DNA of 64,000 nucleotides from Antechinus flavipes (Eukaryota): NCBI RefSeq assembly GCF_016432865.1, contig NC_067402.1, positions 183,582,001 to 183,646,000 of the forward strand, read 5' to 3'. Shown piece by piece: positions 1 to 13,100 of this stretch (position 1 is its first letter; each line of letters starts with the position of its first letter). The notes under the pieces were generated by a model. It saw only the letters and a program-made list of their open reading frames with translations, ran no database searches and was not told where the DNA came from. The position numbers and the translations under genes were made by a program.

Positions 1-139
1 CCCAAACTATGATTGCTCACCCTGTCACATTTTAAACCTGATACAAAAATAGACCAGGTTCATTAGTTTGCTTCTGATTATATGCCTCAAAGTCTATGGT
101 GAAATTCCAGACCAAATTCTATAATAATACTACTAATAA

Positions 140-345
140 TATAACAGTTGACATTTGTGTAAGGCCTTAAGGTTTGCGAAACATTGCATGTAACTGTAGT
201 ATCAAATTTTCTTTTTATAACATCCTATAAAGTAGGTGTTATTATTATCTCCATTTGACAAATGAGGACACTGAGGCAAATAGAGACAGATTAAGTGACT
301 CACCAACATTAATAAGTGTCGGAGGCTGGTTTTCCTATCTTCCAA
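140..345 (-). mobile_element. MIR-type CORE-SINE, representative of many (also ~5350-5690, 13540-13750, 15920-16130, 32700-32930, 59470-59735)
   Basis: CCATTTGACAAATGAGGACACTGAGGCA..TTAAGTGACT core, reverse orientation. Confidence 0.6.
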
Positions 346-1011
346 GTAGAAGCTTTTTATCCATTTCATTGCTTAGTGACCTCTGCTATAGAATCATTAT
401 TTGATGCTGTTCTTATTTGGGAATTATTAGGGAGAGTTATTTTCTATTCCAATGAGGTTTTTCTTCAAAGAAGACAGTTTTCAATTCTGAGGAATTGGGG
501 GTCTTGTTCAAGCCAATTAGTTAATATACCTCATTAATTGGATATTTGGTATTTTCTCTTATTTGTTGGTCTTTCTCCAAGTAAAGAGTGATGGTTTTGG
601 AGACAGATGACCTTTTACTTGTTAACAATGACTTTTTGTCAGTTACTTTACCTCTCTTAAATTCCTCTTCTATAAAACTAGGTTAGACTACAAGAATTCT
701 AAAATAAATGATAACATTATAATGAGCAGTATGGATGAGTGTGCTTTATTTACAAAAAGCATATATAATTGTATACACCTTTCATATTGCCATTCACCTC
801 CTCTCCCCTTCTCTCCTGAAAATTTTGGCAATTCATTGAATACTTCAGGAAGATTTTAAAAATAAAATTTATAGTCTTAGAGGAGTCAGTGTAACACACT
901 TTTAAGTATAGCCTTTAACCAGACTATAATGTAAATGGATATATTTAACAAAGTAAACATAAACACAATAAAACATAGATTACATTTTAAACCTAAGTCA
1001 ATATGCTTCTT

Positions 1012-1599
1012 TTTTTTAGATATGATTTCTTTTATTATTATAGCTTTTTATTTACAAGATACATGCATAGGTAATTTTTCAGCATTGACAGTTGCAAATC
1101 CTTTTGTTCCAATTTTTTCCTTCCTTCCTCCCATCCCTTCTCCCAGATGGCAGGTTAAGCAATACATGTTAAATATGTTAAAGTATAAGTTAAATACAAT
1201 ATATATACACATGTCCAAACAGTTATTTTGCTGTATAAAAAGAGTCAGACTTTGAAATAGTGTACAATTAGCCTGTGAACAAAATCAAAAATGCAGGCGG
1301 ACAAAAATAGAGGGATCGGGAATTCTATGTAGTGGTTCATAGTTATCTCCCTGAGTTCTTTCCCTGGGTATAGCGGGTTCAGTTCATTACTGCTCTATTG
1401 GAACTGATTTGATTCATCTCATTATTGAAGAGGGCCACATCCATCAGAATTGATCATCATATAGTATTGTCAATGAAATGTATAATGATCTTCTGGTCCT
1501 GCTCATTTCACTCAGCATCAGTTCATGTAAGTCTCTCCAGGCCTTTCTGAAATCATCCTGCCGGTCATTTCTTACAGAACAATAATACTCCATAATGTG
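1012..1599 (-). mobile_element. 5'-truncated young L1 (ORF2 C-terminus plus 3' UTR)
   Basis: Poly-T at the left end; 12-bp TSD AATATGCTTCTT at 1000-1011 and 1600-1611; reverse complement closely matches 26050-26620. Confidence 0.9.
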
Positions 1600-4500
1600 A
1601 ATATGCTTCTTGTAGAGATCCTTTAGTATAAATTGGAGGCCCCTGAATTTGGAACCATCTTAGGTTTGATGGCACAAATACCTTATAGACTTAAATATCA
1701 AATGTACAAAGATATAGAAATTAGATTTTTGTGTATGTAATGATTTTGTAGTTAATTTTATTATATATTCACTTAAAATATTTTGGTTCTGATTGAAGTT
1801 TTATTTTTCAGTTTGGAATGTTAGCTATTAATATTTAGAAACATTTTTGTGTGCTGGGAATCAGTATGGTATATATGGATAGATTTTTCAGCCTTATAAT
1901 TGGAAAGACCTAAGTCCCACATGCCATACATACAAGCTTTGTGACCCTGGACAAATAACTTAACCCCAGCTAAATACTATAATTTGCAGAGCAAATATTA
2001 ATCTCCACTAATATAGTTTCCTCATTGAGAGTTCCTTATGCTAATGAAATCATAGATCCAGAGGATTTGCTTTACTTAAAACAAAGGGAGAAATAAATAG
2101 ATGTTTTAAGAATATATAGAAAAATAAAAGCACTAAACAAGAAGAGAACTCATTCTTTTGACATCAAGCTTTGATAATTGTACTTGTATTTAAAGCAAGA
2201 ATTATTTGCTGTGTTAGTTCACCTTGAAGTCCTGTGATTTATTTTCTTTCAGTACTGTTTATTCCGGTTGAAAGAAGGTGTACTAGGTTTGACCGCACAA
2301 AAAGCAGTGCTGATTTTTACAGTGCATATGCAGCATTTAGAATATTTCACAGACAAATGAAACATTAGATGCCATGAATTAAAAAGTGGGTGTAAGTGTT
2401 TAAGGGTTGGTTTGTTCACACCCTGCAATAAAATATTGTCAACTAACAGGTCAAATTCCAAGGTAAACTATAATAATATTGAAACTAAATTTAACACATA
2501 CTTTCAGTACGGTATGTAAAATATTTAGTACTTTGGCCCACCAGTTCTCATCTATTGATAGTCAGGGAAGGTCTCTGTTAGCTGAGATTTTAAGACAGAG
2601 GTTTCTTTCTTCACTCAGTTGAACTTGGAAAGGGCCTCTTCAGTATCGTGTAAGTAAATTGCATAGAAGAGGAAATGATTGTGGTGGGGATAAGCTGTTT
2701 AGTCTCATTTTCTGTGTGAAAAGTTCTGAAGTAAATTCTGAAGAGAAGCTTTTTGTCCTTCCTTTTTTGTGGCATTGCATATAATTAGTAATCCATCAAG
2801 GTAAGTGTAAAATGTAAATCCTAGAGCTGTCTTAGATTTTAAAGGGCTAAAACAACAACAACAACAATAGAAAACAGGCATTAAGATTTTAAATGAAAAT
2901 GATTAAAATGCTTAAAGTTCTATGGTAAATGTTATATAAAATATATACCATTTTATATTTTGAAATTATTTTGTTGTATATTTATATCTACCACATTTAA
3001 AAATATAGATAAAAGGTCCATTTTATTCAGTTTTTTTCCATTGTAGTTTGATATTGGAAACATTACATTTTTTTTTAAATTTTGAGATAATACACTGGGT
3101 TGTCTGATGTAATTATATCATCTTGATAACAGTGTATAAAACCTGAAAATGTATGCCGTTTGATTTCAATTGCAACTGAATTGGAAGACAATACATTTTA
3201 TTGCTTCATTTCTGCTCACATATAAATATTTTAAGTAAATTTTGCTTTTAGGAGTTCGAATGCCCCTTTTCAAGAACAAATTTGATTTGGACTGAATTAT
3301 TTTGAGCAAAAGATTACATATTTTTAAAAAATGTAATCAATAGTAAACCAAATAACATTTTTGTTATAATATCCATTTTTATATAATATATCATATAATA
3401 TAATATAATAACCTGCTCTTCTTTCCTCCTCCTCCCATAGAACCCTCTCATAGTAAAGAAAAAAATTTAAACAAAATAAAGGGATATAGGAACTGAGTCT
3501 GACAATATATGCAATAATCCATACCACTAATTCAACACTTTTCTCCAAAATAGAATAAGTGTGCTACACAATCATTTCTCTATATCCCATGGTATTGTAA
3601 AATCTGAATTTTGTCATCTTTTCATGTAATTTTTATTTACATAATTTGTATAATTTCTCATATGGTACTTTTCATTCTGTGTAAGTTTTTACACATTTCT
3701 CTTAATCCTTTAGTATTTTCCCAGGCCATATTCTTTTATACATTTCTCACATTTATCTTAATCCTTTAGTATTTTCCCAGGCCATATTCTTTTACTGCCT
3801 TCATGTTCCTTCCTTCCCATTCTCAAACCTATAGTTAACTTAGCTCAGTTCTATCATGTCTTCTATTATTAATCCTTACCCCATCCCCAATTCTTCTGCT
3901 TTCCATATCTCCCCATATCCCCAATCTTGAATTATTTTTATTATCCATCTTCTTTCTTCTCCCTTGAAATGTTCTTGAATACAGCTGGAGGAAGTGATAT
4001 GACTTTGCCATTTGTCTAAAATAAATTCATGCTATCTAATCTCAACTGAGACTTCACTGCAGCAAGGCAGTTCATTTATTCCTTTTTTTTTTTTAACTTA
4101 TTCTCTGTCCCACTCCTTACAAAGTTGTTTGAAGCATTCTCTCCTCTCCTTAAATTTCCCATACCATATCTTTCCTCAACCAATTCAGTTTATTGTTGAA
4201 ATGCATTTCATACTTTATAAAGGAAGTAGAATCTGTTCTATATTTTCTTCTCCCCCTTCTTGAATTCACTATAGTCTGCTACACTATTTACCACCCTTCC
4301 TCTTTCCCAATAGTTTTTTCTCTGAGTTTTTGTGACTGTTTTCTTGGTTCTCTTCTTACCTAATTTTTTTCAGCCTTCTTCTCTGGATCATCAATGATAC
4401 CTAACTGTGGATAGACATCAAGAGTCTGTACTGAACCTTCTTCTCTCTGTATATTCTCATACTTGGTGACATTAGATTTAATGATTATATTTATGTAGAT

Positions 4501-5497
4501 GATCAACATATCTGTATAGATCTATTCTTAGTCTCACTCCTCAGTTATGGTCTCACATCACCAACAGTCTATTGGACATTCAGAACTGATTATCTCATAA
4601 TAATTTCAAACCCATATAATCTAGAACTGAATTTATAATTTTTCCTCAAACCCATTTGAATGTGAGGCTTTATAAAACATGATTCTGAGAGGCTTTATAA
4701 AACTTCTTGAGGGGAATTTAAGGCACAAAAAAGGTTAAGTATCCTAGCACTATCCTATGCTGAATCAGGGAAAGCTTCACAGAGGAGGTAGAATTTGTTC
4801 TGGTCTTTAAAAGATTGGTAAGATTTCAACAGAACGGGGCGAGGGAAGATAGATAGCATTCCAAACATAGCAAACATCATGAGTAAAAGGAAGGAGATGG
4901 AAAATCACAGGATAGAATATGGGGAATAGTTCAATGTAACTCTAGCATTGGGGTCTCAGGCTATCAAATGTCAAATAAGTGTCAAATAAGAGAGGCTCTT
5001 GAGTGAAAAGCTAAAGGGTTTGAATTTTTGTTAGTGACTCTCAGAAAGACTGAAATAGAAAAATTCTTACAATTTTTGGAGCTCTCATATACCTTCTCTC
5101 CTCTTTTTTTTTAATGTACACATTTTGATTTTTAGTACAGATGAATACATAGGCAGGAAGCTCAGCAAAATTAATCAAGATACAAATTCATGGCACATGC
5201 CATGGGTAGCATGTTTTCAGGGTAGACCAAAACATAGCATGCAAGGAAGTATGGAGCAATTCTGGGTAGGTGGCGTGATGCCATATTGAAAAGTATCTTG
5301 AACACTAAGCTAGATTTTTAATTTGGTGCATCAAAAGGTTTTGACTAGAGGAGACAGTGTAATAGATGAGAGTGTTTCATTTGGATTCAGGACATCTGTT
5401 TTCAGTTCTACCTCAGACTTATTAGCTGAGGATTCATGATTATAGCTCTTAAACTTTCAGATCCTCAGTTTCCTCTTAAGTAAATAGGGACAATTAT

Positions 5498-5620
5498 ATA
5501 TATCTATGTATCTATAAATATATATCTATATCTATATATATAGATATAGATAGCTAGATAGATATAGATATGTAGATATACATATAGATAGATATAGATA
5601 TATAGATACATATGTATATA
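5498..5620. repeat. (TATC)/(GATA) low-complexity repeat inside a MIR
   Basis: Direct reading. Confidence 0.85.
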
Positions 5621-8084
5621 TTACTGGCCTCAGTAGATTATTATGAGGGAAAAATTATAAAATCTGAAAGTTCTATATAAATGTGAGTTGGAGATGGGGA
5701 GAAAGTAGAAGCAGGAAGACCTTTTACACCCCTGAGAGGATCAAATTGAGAAACTTTATTAAGGTGTCAACAATGGGAATAGAGAGGAAAGAAAAGATAA
5801 GATTTTAATTGTTATTGTTATCTTCAGAAAATAATTATAAGCAAACTAAAAGTATACCATACAAAATATTATGCAATAAACAATAAACTTGTTACATTTA
5901 TATAGTTGATTAAAATATGTATTAAAGTTAACAAAGTAGGAACACAATTGCCTTTTTTAGGGGAATATCTCCTTTGTCATATGTTGGTGTTTTTTGGTTT
6001 TGTTTTTCAAATTAAAACAACCCTAAGACTATCTCACATCCATCAGATTGACAGATTGTATCTTGAAATATAAAGGGGTAAATGTAGACTATATGAGACC
6101 CACCTTTCCTAACCCTTTCCAAAGACTGAATAAATGGTAGAACTTCATTTAGTCTTCTGGTTTGTAAAGTTCCAGAACGAAAGGTATAATTAAGCACAGC
6201 ATAAAGATTGAGTCTTTCCCTTTTCTGTCTTTCTTTTGCAAAGGCATGTAGTCTGGGAACCAGACTAATACTTAGTTCAGCATAAAAAGCCCTTTGTAAG
6301 AAAAAAATCATAAGTGTAGTTATTACCCTAGGCAATTAGTAGCTTATTCATGGTATGCAGAAATAATAGGAACAAAGTATTTCTTACTTTATTAAGGACA
6401 AACATGTATATTTTCATAATTAATTGGATTCATGTAAAACTAATAGACTATGAAAATACTTCATTGTACCAGACATTTGCCCAAGATCATTTTGTTATTT
6501 CAGGAAATGTGTTTTAACAAACAAAGAAAAAAAACCCCCACAAACAAATGAAAATTTCATTGCTAATTACTTGGCAAACTTCATTGTGAGCTGCACACTA
6601 TCATAGACAGAACTTGGGATGGTCATTTGGAGAGAATTGAATGCGAAACCTTATTCTGGCATTTATTGGTTATGTAATGTGATAATTTTCTAATTTTAAA
6701 AATAGGGATAATATATTATTTTGTTAGATAATAACATATCTCCTACTTATGGATTAAACTTATTGGATAAAGTTGTTTTGAGGAAAGCACTTGGTAAAAA
6801 CACTATATAAATAAAAGTTGTTATTGCTGAAATATTTGCTTGTTGGATTGGGTTGAATTGCTATCAGCAAAAATTTATGTAATTCCTGATTATTCAACTT
6901 GAAGATTATGTATGGATATCTTGGAGCTGTTTTGATTTTCAATGTGGAGCTGTTTATTTAGTAGTTGTATTTCCATCAGTCTAGCAACCAGTAGAAAGGA
7001 ACTACTGAGTAGGATGGGGTAAAAGTCTGATATCGTTATATACAGATATTGCATTTCATGTTAACTATGTAAAAATATAGGGAAGATTTGGGTCATGGGT
7101 CAGTCAGTAAACTAGAAAAATGTAATTGTAAGGAAGAATGGTGGCCAAGGAAGGAGGAAGTAAAACCATTTTCCAGGAATCATTTTAACTCAACAAATAT
7201 TTGAGTGCTTACTATGTGGAAAGCAGTGTTCTAAGGTACCTACTTAGGTATATAAATATTAACATGGGAATAGTGTTTGGTACAGTGTTAATGTGCCTAC
7301 CACAGTGATTGTTGAATGAAATTGAACATCAAAAGGCATCTCCACTCTCTTGAGGAACATCTTTTGAGGATTGCTCCATATTCTTATGTGAACATGCAAC
7401 AAACTCATAGAACAAAGAAAAAAGGCCTATAAAGCCTTGTTTATCAAATAGTTGTACCCTCCTGCATGACTTTAAGATTTCAATCAAGTTGTGTCTAACT
7501 CTTTGTGATCCCTTTTGGGGGTTTTTCTTGTCAAAGATACTGCAGTAATTTTCCATTTCCTATATCACAGGAATTGGGGATGTGCCTTTCCTGCAATCTA
7601 GAAAATCTGCATAAAAATTTTCAATCCTCCTTCCAATGCCAGAGAAGAAATCTGATTTTTTTCCTTTATGGGATGCTTACTGTATTTTGTTTTAAAATTT
7701 GGGTGAAGTATTTGGTTGTATACTATATGTAAGTCAACATTAAAAAGACTGTACATATATTTATGCATTTCTGGATTTCCAAACTTTTTCTGTATCATCA
7801 ATTGTCCTTCATCCTTGGCTTCCACAAAACTCCCCCCAAATTCTCATTTTATTTCTTATGCTGACCTTCAATAATGGAGAAAGTCTAAATATAAAAAGGA
7901 TGACCCTATATACAAATTATGTGGGCAGAAGAACCAAAGTTAGATCAAAGAATAATTTCAGGCAGTATTTGTCACATAGATGTGTATAATTGGAAAGTCA
8001 ATAGTGAAAATCAGGAGTTTAAAAAAAGGACAGCTCTTTTTCATCACTGTCTTTTTTTAAATGCTATCAGTGTTAAAAGCCTTT

Positions 8085-8588
8085 TTACTTTTTTTTTTAC
8101 TTTTTTTTTAATTTTCAAAATATATGCATAGTTTTCAACATTCACCCTTGCAAAACCTTGTGTTACAAATTTTTTCTCTCTCCTTCTTTCACTCCCTCCC
8201 TTAGATGGCAAGTAATCCAATATTGGTTAACCATGTGCAATTCTTCTATACATATTTCCACAATATTATGCTGCCCAAGAAAAACCAGCTCAAAAAGGGA
8301 AAAAATTACAAAGAAAACAAAAAGAAAGCAAACTATAACAAAAAAGATGAAAATACTCTGTTGTGATCCACATTCAGTCCCCATAGTTCCCTCTCTGGTC
8401 TAGATGGCTTTTTCCATCACAAGTTTATTGAAATTGATCTGAATGGCTGAAAAAAGCCATATCCATCAGAATTGATCATTGTGTAATTTTGTTTCTGTGT
8501 ACAAGGTTCTCTTGGTTCTACTCACTTCACTTAGTACCAGTTCATGTAAATCTCTCCAGGCCTTTTTGAAATCATTCTGCTTGATCAT
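8085..8588 (-). mobile_element. L1 3' end, older subfamily
   Basis: T-rich tail at left; colinear with the 1012-1599 L1 (CATCCATCAGAATTGATCAT, CTCTCCAGGCCTTT) but with a different 3' UTR. Confidence 0.85.
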
Positions 8589-9709
8589 TATCTTTTACTG
8601 GACAGTGCTTTAGAGAGCAACAGGCCCTACAAATAGGAAATGAGGTTTTATGAATGAATGAAGAAAAGATTTTTATTAAATCCTGTGCAAAGTGCTGTGT
8701 CAAGGTAGCAATGAAGGTACAAGTAGAAAAGGCAGACAACCCTTGCTCTCAGTTTATATTCTTACTGGGGAGACAACACATACAGGAAATGTTATCTTCA
8801 AGTCTTGTGGAAAGGTCCATACTTCTTAGGGAGACATGACAAAGCAGAAGGTAGGGGGCATTGATTAAACCATATCAGCTTCTGTTGTGGAACTGTTTGA
8901 TAGTGCCGAGGGTTTTGGTGGAGTACTTTCTTTTGCAAGTCTTCTGCAGCTGTGGCTGCTGAGAAATAAGGGGCAGTAGTCCCTGCAGAGAGAGAATTGC
9001 TTGGTTGTATGTTTATAAGAATTGCTTCCTTGGACTCTGGATACAAATCCCCATACCAGAAGCAAAGATGTTGACCTGGGACAAGTGTGAAGTGCTGTTG
9101 ATAGTTATTTTCAGGATCCTTTAGTTTCTATCTGCAGTTGGTCACTCATTGGTGTTGGCTGAACTGGGGTTGGTGGAGAGCCCTTCTCCACAAAGATTTT
9201 TCCCTCAGTAACCACAGCAAAATCCCAGTCAGTCACAGTGCATTCACAGTTTGGGAAGAACAAGGGAATAGTACTCATTCCATATGGATGGAAATCATAA
9301 ACTTTCAAGTTCTTCCTTATTCCTCTTATAGGAACTGAGGTTTTCTAAAGTTTGCCTGGAGTCCAAGGCTGCATCTTAATTCAGGTCTTTCTGACTTCAA
9401 GCCTGGCACAATAGTATCACTGGATCACCTCACTGTCCTGAACAATATTATTTGGGCCACCAAACTTGATGATAATAGCCTTTATGATTTAGCTATATGG
9501 TCCCTGGATGATAGCAATGTTGTCTGTCACCGAGGCTTTATTTCAGGTCTTTTCTCATGAGTGGGAAATGCCAGCATGAGTATAATAATTACAGTCATCT
9601 CTGACTAGCTCTAGCTATATGACTCTGAACAAATTATTTCCCTTCCCTTCTCATTTTACAGAAAGATTGATTCAACAATGAAACTGTATGTAAATAAAAC
9701 ATAGCGTTA

Positions 9710-10162
9710 TGTTCTTGTTATTAGTCATTTTCTAGTCATATCCAACTCTTTGTGACCTCCTTCCCCCATTTGAGGTTCTCTTGACAAAGATTCTGGAGTG
9801 ATTTGCCATTTCCCTGTCTCTTTCTCTTTGTCTCTGTCCCTCTTTATCGCTCTCTTACTATCAATTTATCTGTCTATCTATCTATCCACCTACCTATCTA
9901 CCTATCATTATGTTGTTATTCTTGTTTCAGTTGTGTTCAACTCTTTGCCCCCTTTCAACCCCATTTTAGATTTTCTTGGCAAAGATACTAGAGTGTTTTG
10001 CCATTTCCTTTTTCAGCTTATTTTACAGATGAGAAAACTGAGGAAAACAGAGTTAAATAACTTATCCAGTTAGTAAGTGTCTGAAGTTAGATTTGAACTC
10101 AGAAAGATGAATCTTCCTGACTGTAGGTATATCATTCTATCTGCTTTGCCATTTAGCTGCCC
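9710..10162 (-). mobile_element. Mar1-type (BovB-tailed) CORE-SINE plus an extra tail copy, separated by (TCTA)n
   Basis: Two copies of TCCAACTCTTTGTGACC..TTTTCTTGGCAAAGATACT.GAGTG.TTTGCCATTTCC, then a CORE and tRNA-like head ending TAGCTGCCC. Confidence 0.7.
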
Positions 10163-13100
10163 TTTATAGTACATATGTATATGTTATTTATGTATATGTG
10201 TGTATGTGTGTATATATATATATATATTAGGCATCTATCATTTACCACATTTTACAACCTCCCCCTTTTTAATTTCTGGTAATATATAATGATAATAAAT
10301 ACATCAAATGCATATATACATATATGCATGTTTGTGTGTTTAGTCTCTATGTATTGGTGATCATTCCCTGCAACAGTTCCTGAGTAATTAGAGGTGTATG
10401 ATTTTCCAGATAAAAATTGACTAGTTAAATTTTCTTGTTAAAAATTGACTTGCTATGAAAGCAAGTTAATAGCAACTTTATCCTTAAAGAAGTAAGGGAT
10501 TTTGTTTTAAGACATTAAAAAAATGTTATCTTAAAATTCTTTACTATTAATATTTCAGTCTTTAGAGATATATTATTTTCTCTTATTTTTAATTATTGGA
10601 AAGCTTTTAGAAGCTTTCTTTGAATTTTGGATTTGAATTAATGGCCTTAAATAAAAACATATATATATATATATATTTTTACAATTGTAAGGTATAACCT
10701 TTGAAACCACTTTAACAGATCACAGATAATTACATTTTTTTTCCTTCTGGATATTTTACAATGTCAATGTGAATTGTTTTATGCAATAATTTTTTTTAAG
10801 ATGTGAACATTCTGAATTTTTTGTGACATTTTATATTATTTATTTTCTATTTTATGGAACATTCATTTTCAAATATAGCACATTTTTCCCCTTTTTATCC
10901 CCAGTGATCTTTGTAACAAAGATTTAAAAGAAAAAGAATGCAGTTTATCCAAACAAACCAACAAATTGCCTACAGCTGGTAATATGTGGACTATTTCAAA
11001 CCTATAGTCGTCACTGCTGCAAAGAAGGGAACCACTTCTTTAAACCATAACTTATTTCTCTTTTACCAGTGCAAATTAGAAAACACATTAATTCAAAGCA
11101 TAAGGCATTTGATTGAACATTGCTGCTGCAATGAAGGGAGCCACTTTAAACACAAAGTCATTTCTATTTTACCAGTCCAGAACACACATTAATTCAAAGC
11201 ATAAGGCATTTGATTAAACAGCAGCAGTATAACTAATAAAATCCTCTCAATCACGTGACACTTTCTCCAGCTGATTTCTCTTTCATGAGTAGGAAGTGCC
11301 ATGTTTTCCAGTAAGCGTTTTCTGCTTTCTCCAACTTCTAGTAACTTCCTCTCTAAGGTTATATTCAGTTTACTATATATTATTTGATATACACAAATTT
11401 ATGTATAGATTATGTATGTGTCTTCTTCTTTGGAATATAAACTCCTTGAGGGCAGGTGGGACTTTTACTTTGTTTTCCTAGTCCTTAATACAATGGTCAA
11501 TAAATGTTTATTGATTGATTGATTGGTTGATCAGTAGCAAATTAAATTGGAACACACACAAGGAATATATAAGCACTCACAGATCAAAAAGTAATGTTAC
11601 ACAAAGCTTTTAAAATAAGAAAAGGAGATGGTATACCTACTATTTTATGACGTTTAAAATTATCTTTTGAAATTTGTTATTGTGAAGGATTGGAACTATT
11701 ACTACAAAGCCCATTATAATAGCATTTATAGCAAATAAATTGCAACCTAAAGCATCATTTATATGATGCTTTAAAGTTTGCAAATACAAATATTTCATTT
11801 TATTTTCTTGAAAAACTTTGAGAAGCAGGTGCAATGATTATTTTTACAGATAAAGAAACAGAGGTAGACAGGTTAAGTGACCTGAACAGCACCACAGCAT
11901 CAGTGTTGAGGCAGGATTACAACTCAGATGTTCCTGAATCCAGTTATGATACTGTATTCACTGAGCCATATAGCCAAATACTGTCAAAGTGCATTTTTTA
12001 AAATCCCTCCAGTTTAGGAAGAATAAGCTTGTAATGGAATCCACTAAGGAAAAAAAAAACTTTTAAGATGTTTTTCCTGTTATATCCCAGAACTTTTAGA
12101 GATTCTCAGCCACAGCAATCAGTCATTTGAAGAATGTTTACGCACAACTATTCTTGACAACTAACTGACTTTGCTAGTTTTCCTATTAACAAGTTTGTGT
12201 GACAATACAGGAAACATATAAGGAATATAAACAGTTGGACAAACATTTGTAAGAGAGGGAGTACATATAGCCAGAATATCTCATAGACTGAGGACTTTGT
12301 CCTGTCTGGATTCTCTCTCTGCTTTCAAAGCTGCCACTGAAGTATAGGATGTGGTGGATAAAATAAGTCCTTAGGGAGTCAAGAAGACCAAGGTTTGAAT
12401 CCTGTCTTAGAAATTTCTTCCACAGGCTATGAGGTAGGAGATATTTTAGTCTGATAACTTTTTTTTTTCTTCCCTGTGCTACATATTAGTTCTCAGTTGC
12501 TAATTCTCTGCTTTCATGGCATTTCCTGGTTGTTCATTGAGTTTTAGTTTATGCGAAATCTCCTTTCTACAAGTAAGGGACATAGTTGTTTGTGTGTGTT
12601 TTGTACAACTAACCCATGACCTCAGGGCTATTCCTATTCTCCTGTGAGTCACATCCTTAGTGTCACCCATTCAGCTAGGAAAAAACCCTAAAGTCAAATC
12701 TATTTTCCAAACTGTTTTTCTTTGCTCTCAGCTGTATCTTCTTAGAGATTTGGTCTAAAGAAAAGTTCTTTCAGCCTTTTAGTATATACCTAGCTATTAG
12801 CTTGAAATTCCCTTAATTACACTGGACCCTAGCTTAGGACCATCCAGTGAAGCAGCTAAACTTTGTCCTGTTTACTACTGGCACCAAAGTCCCTGCTCTC
12901 CCTAGGTTTAGTGATACTTAATTTCTCCCTCCCCCATTATTCCTTAGAAATATTTACTTTATTATTAAATTAATTATTAAAATAAATTAATGAATTATTA
13001 TTAAATATTAGAAATGTTTGCTTTAAAAAGTAATTATGTAACACTAAAATAAATTACATAGAAACTTAATTTTTTAAAATGCAACTACATTTTTTAACAT

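Noticed and set aside
3252-3295. Acceptor TTTTGCTTTTAG followed by ATG (MPLFKNKFDLD*)
   Set aside because: Stops after 11 codons and no good donor follows.
6012-6335. 107-aa minus-strand ORF
   Set aside because: No motif or splice support; partly overlaps a small L1 fragment on the other strand.
11053-11220. Repeat-spacer-repeat pattern resembling CRISPR
   Set aside because: Only two copies, eukaryotic intron, no cas genes or leader.
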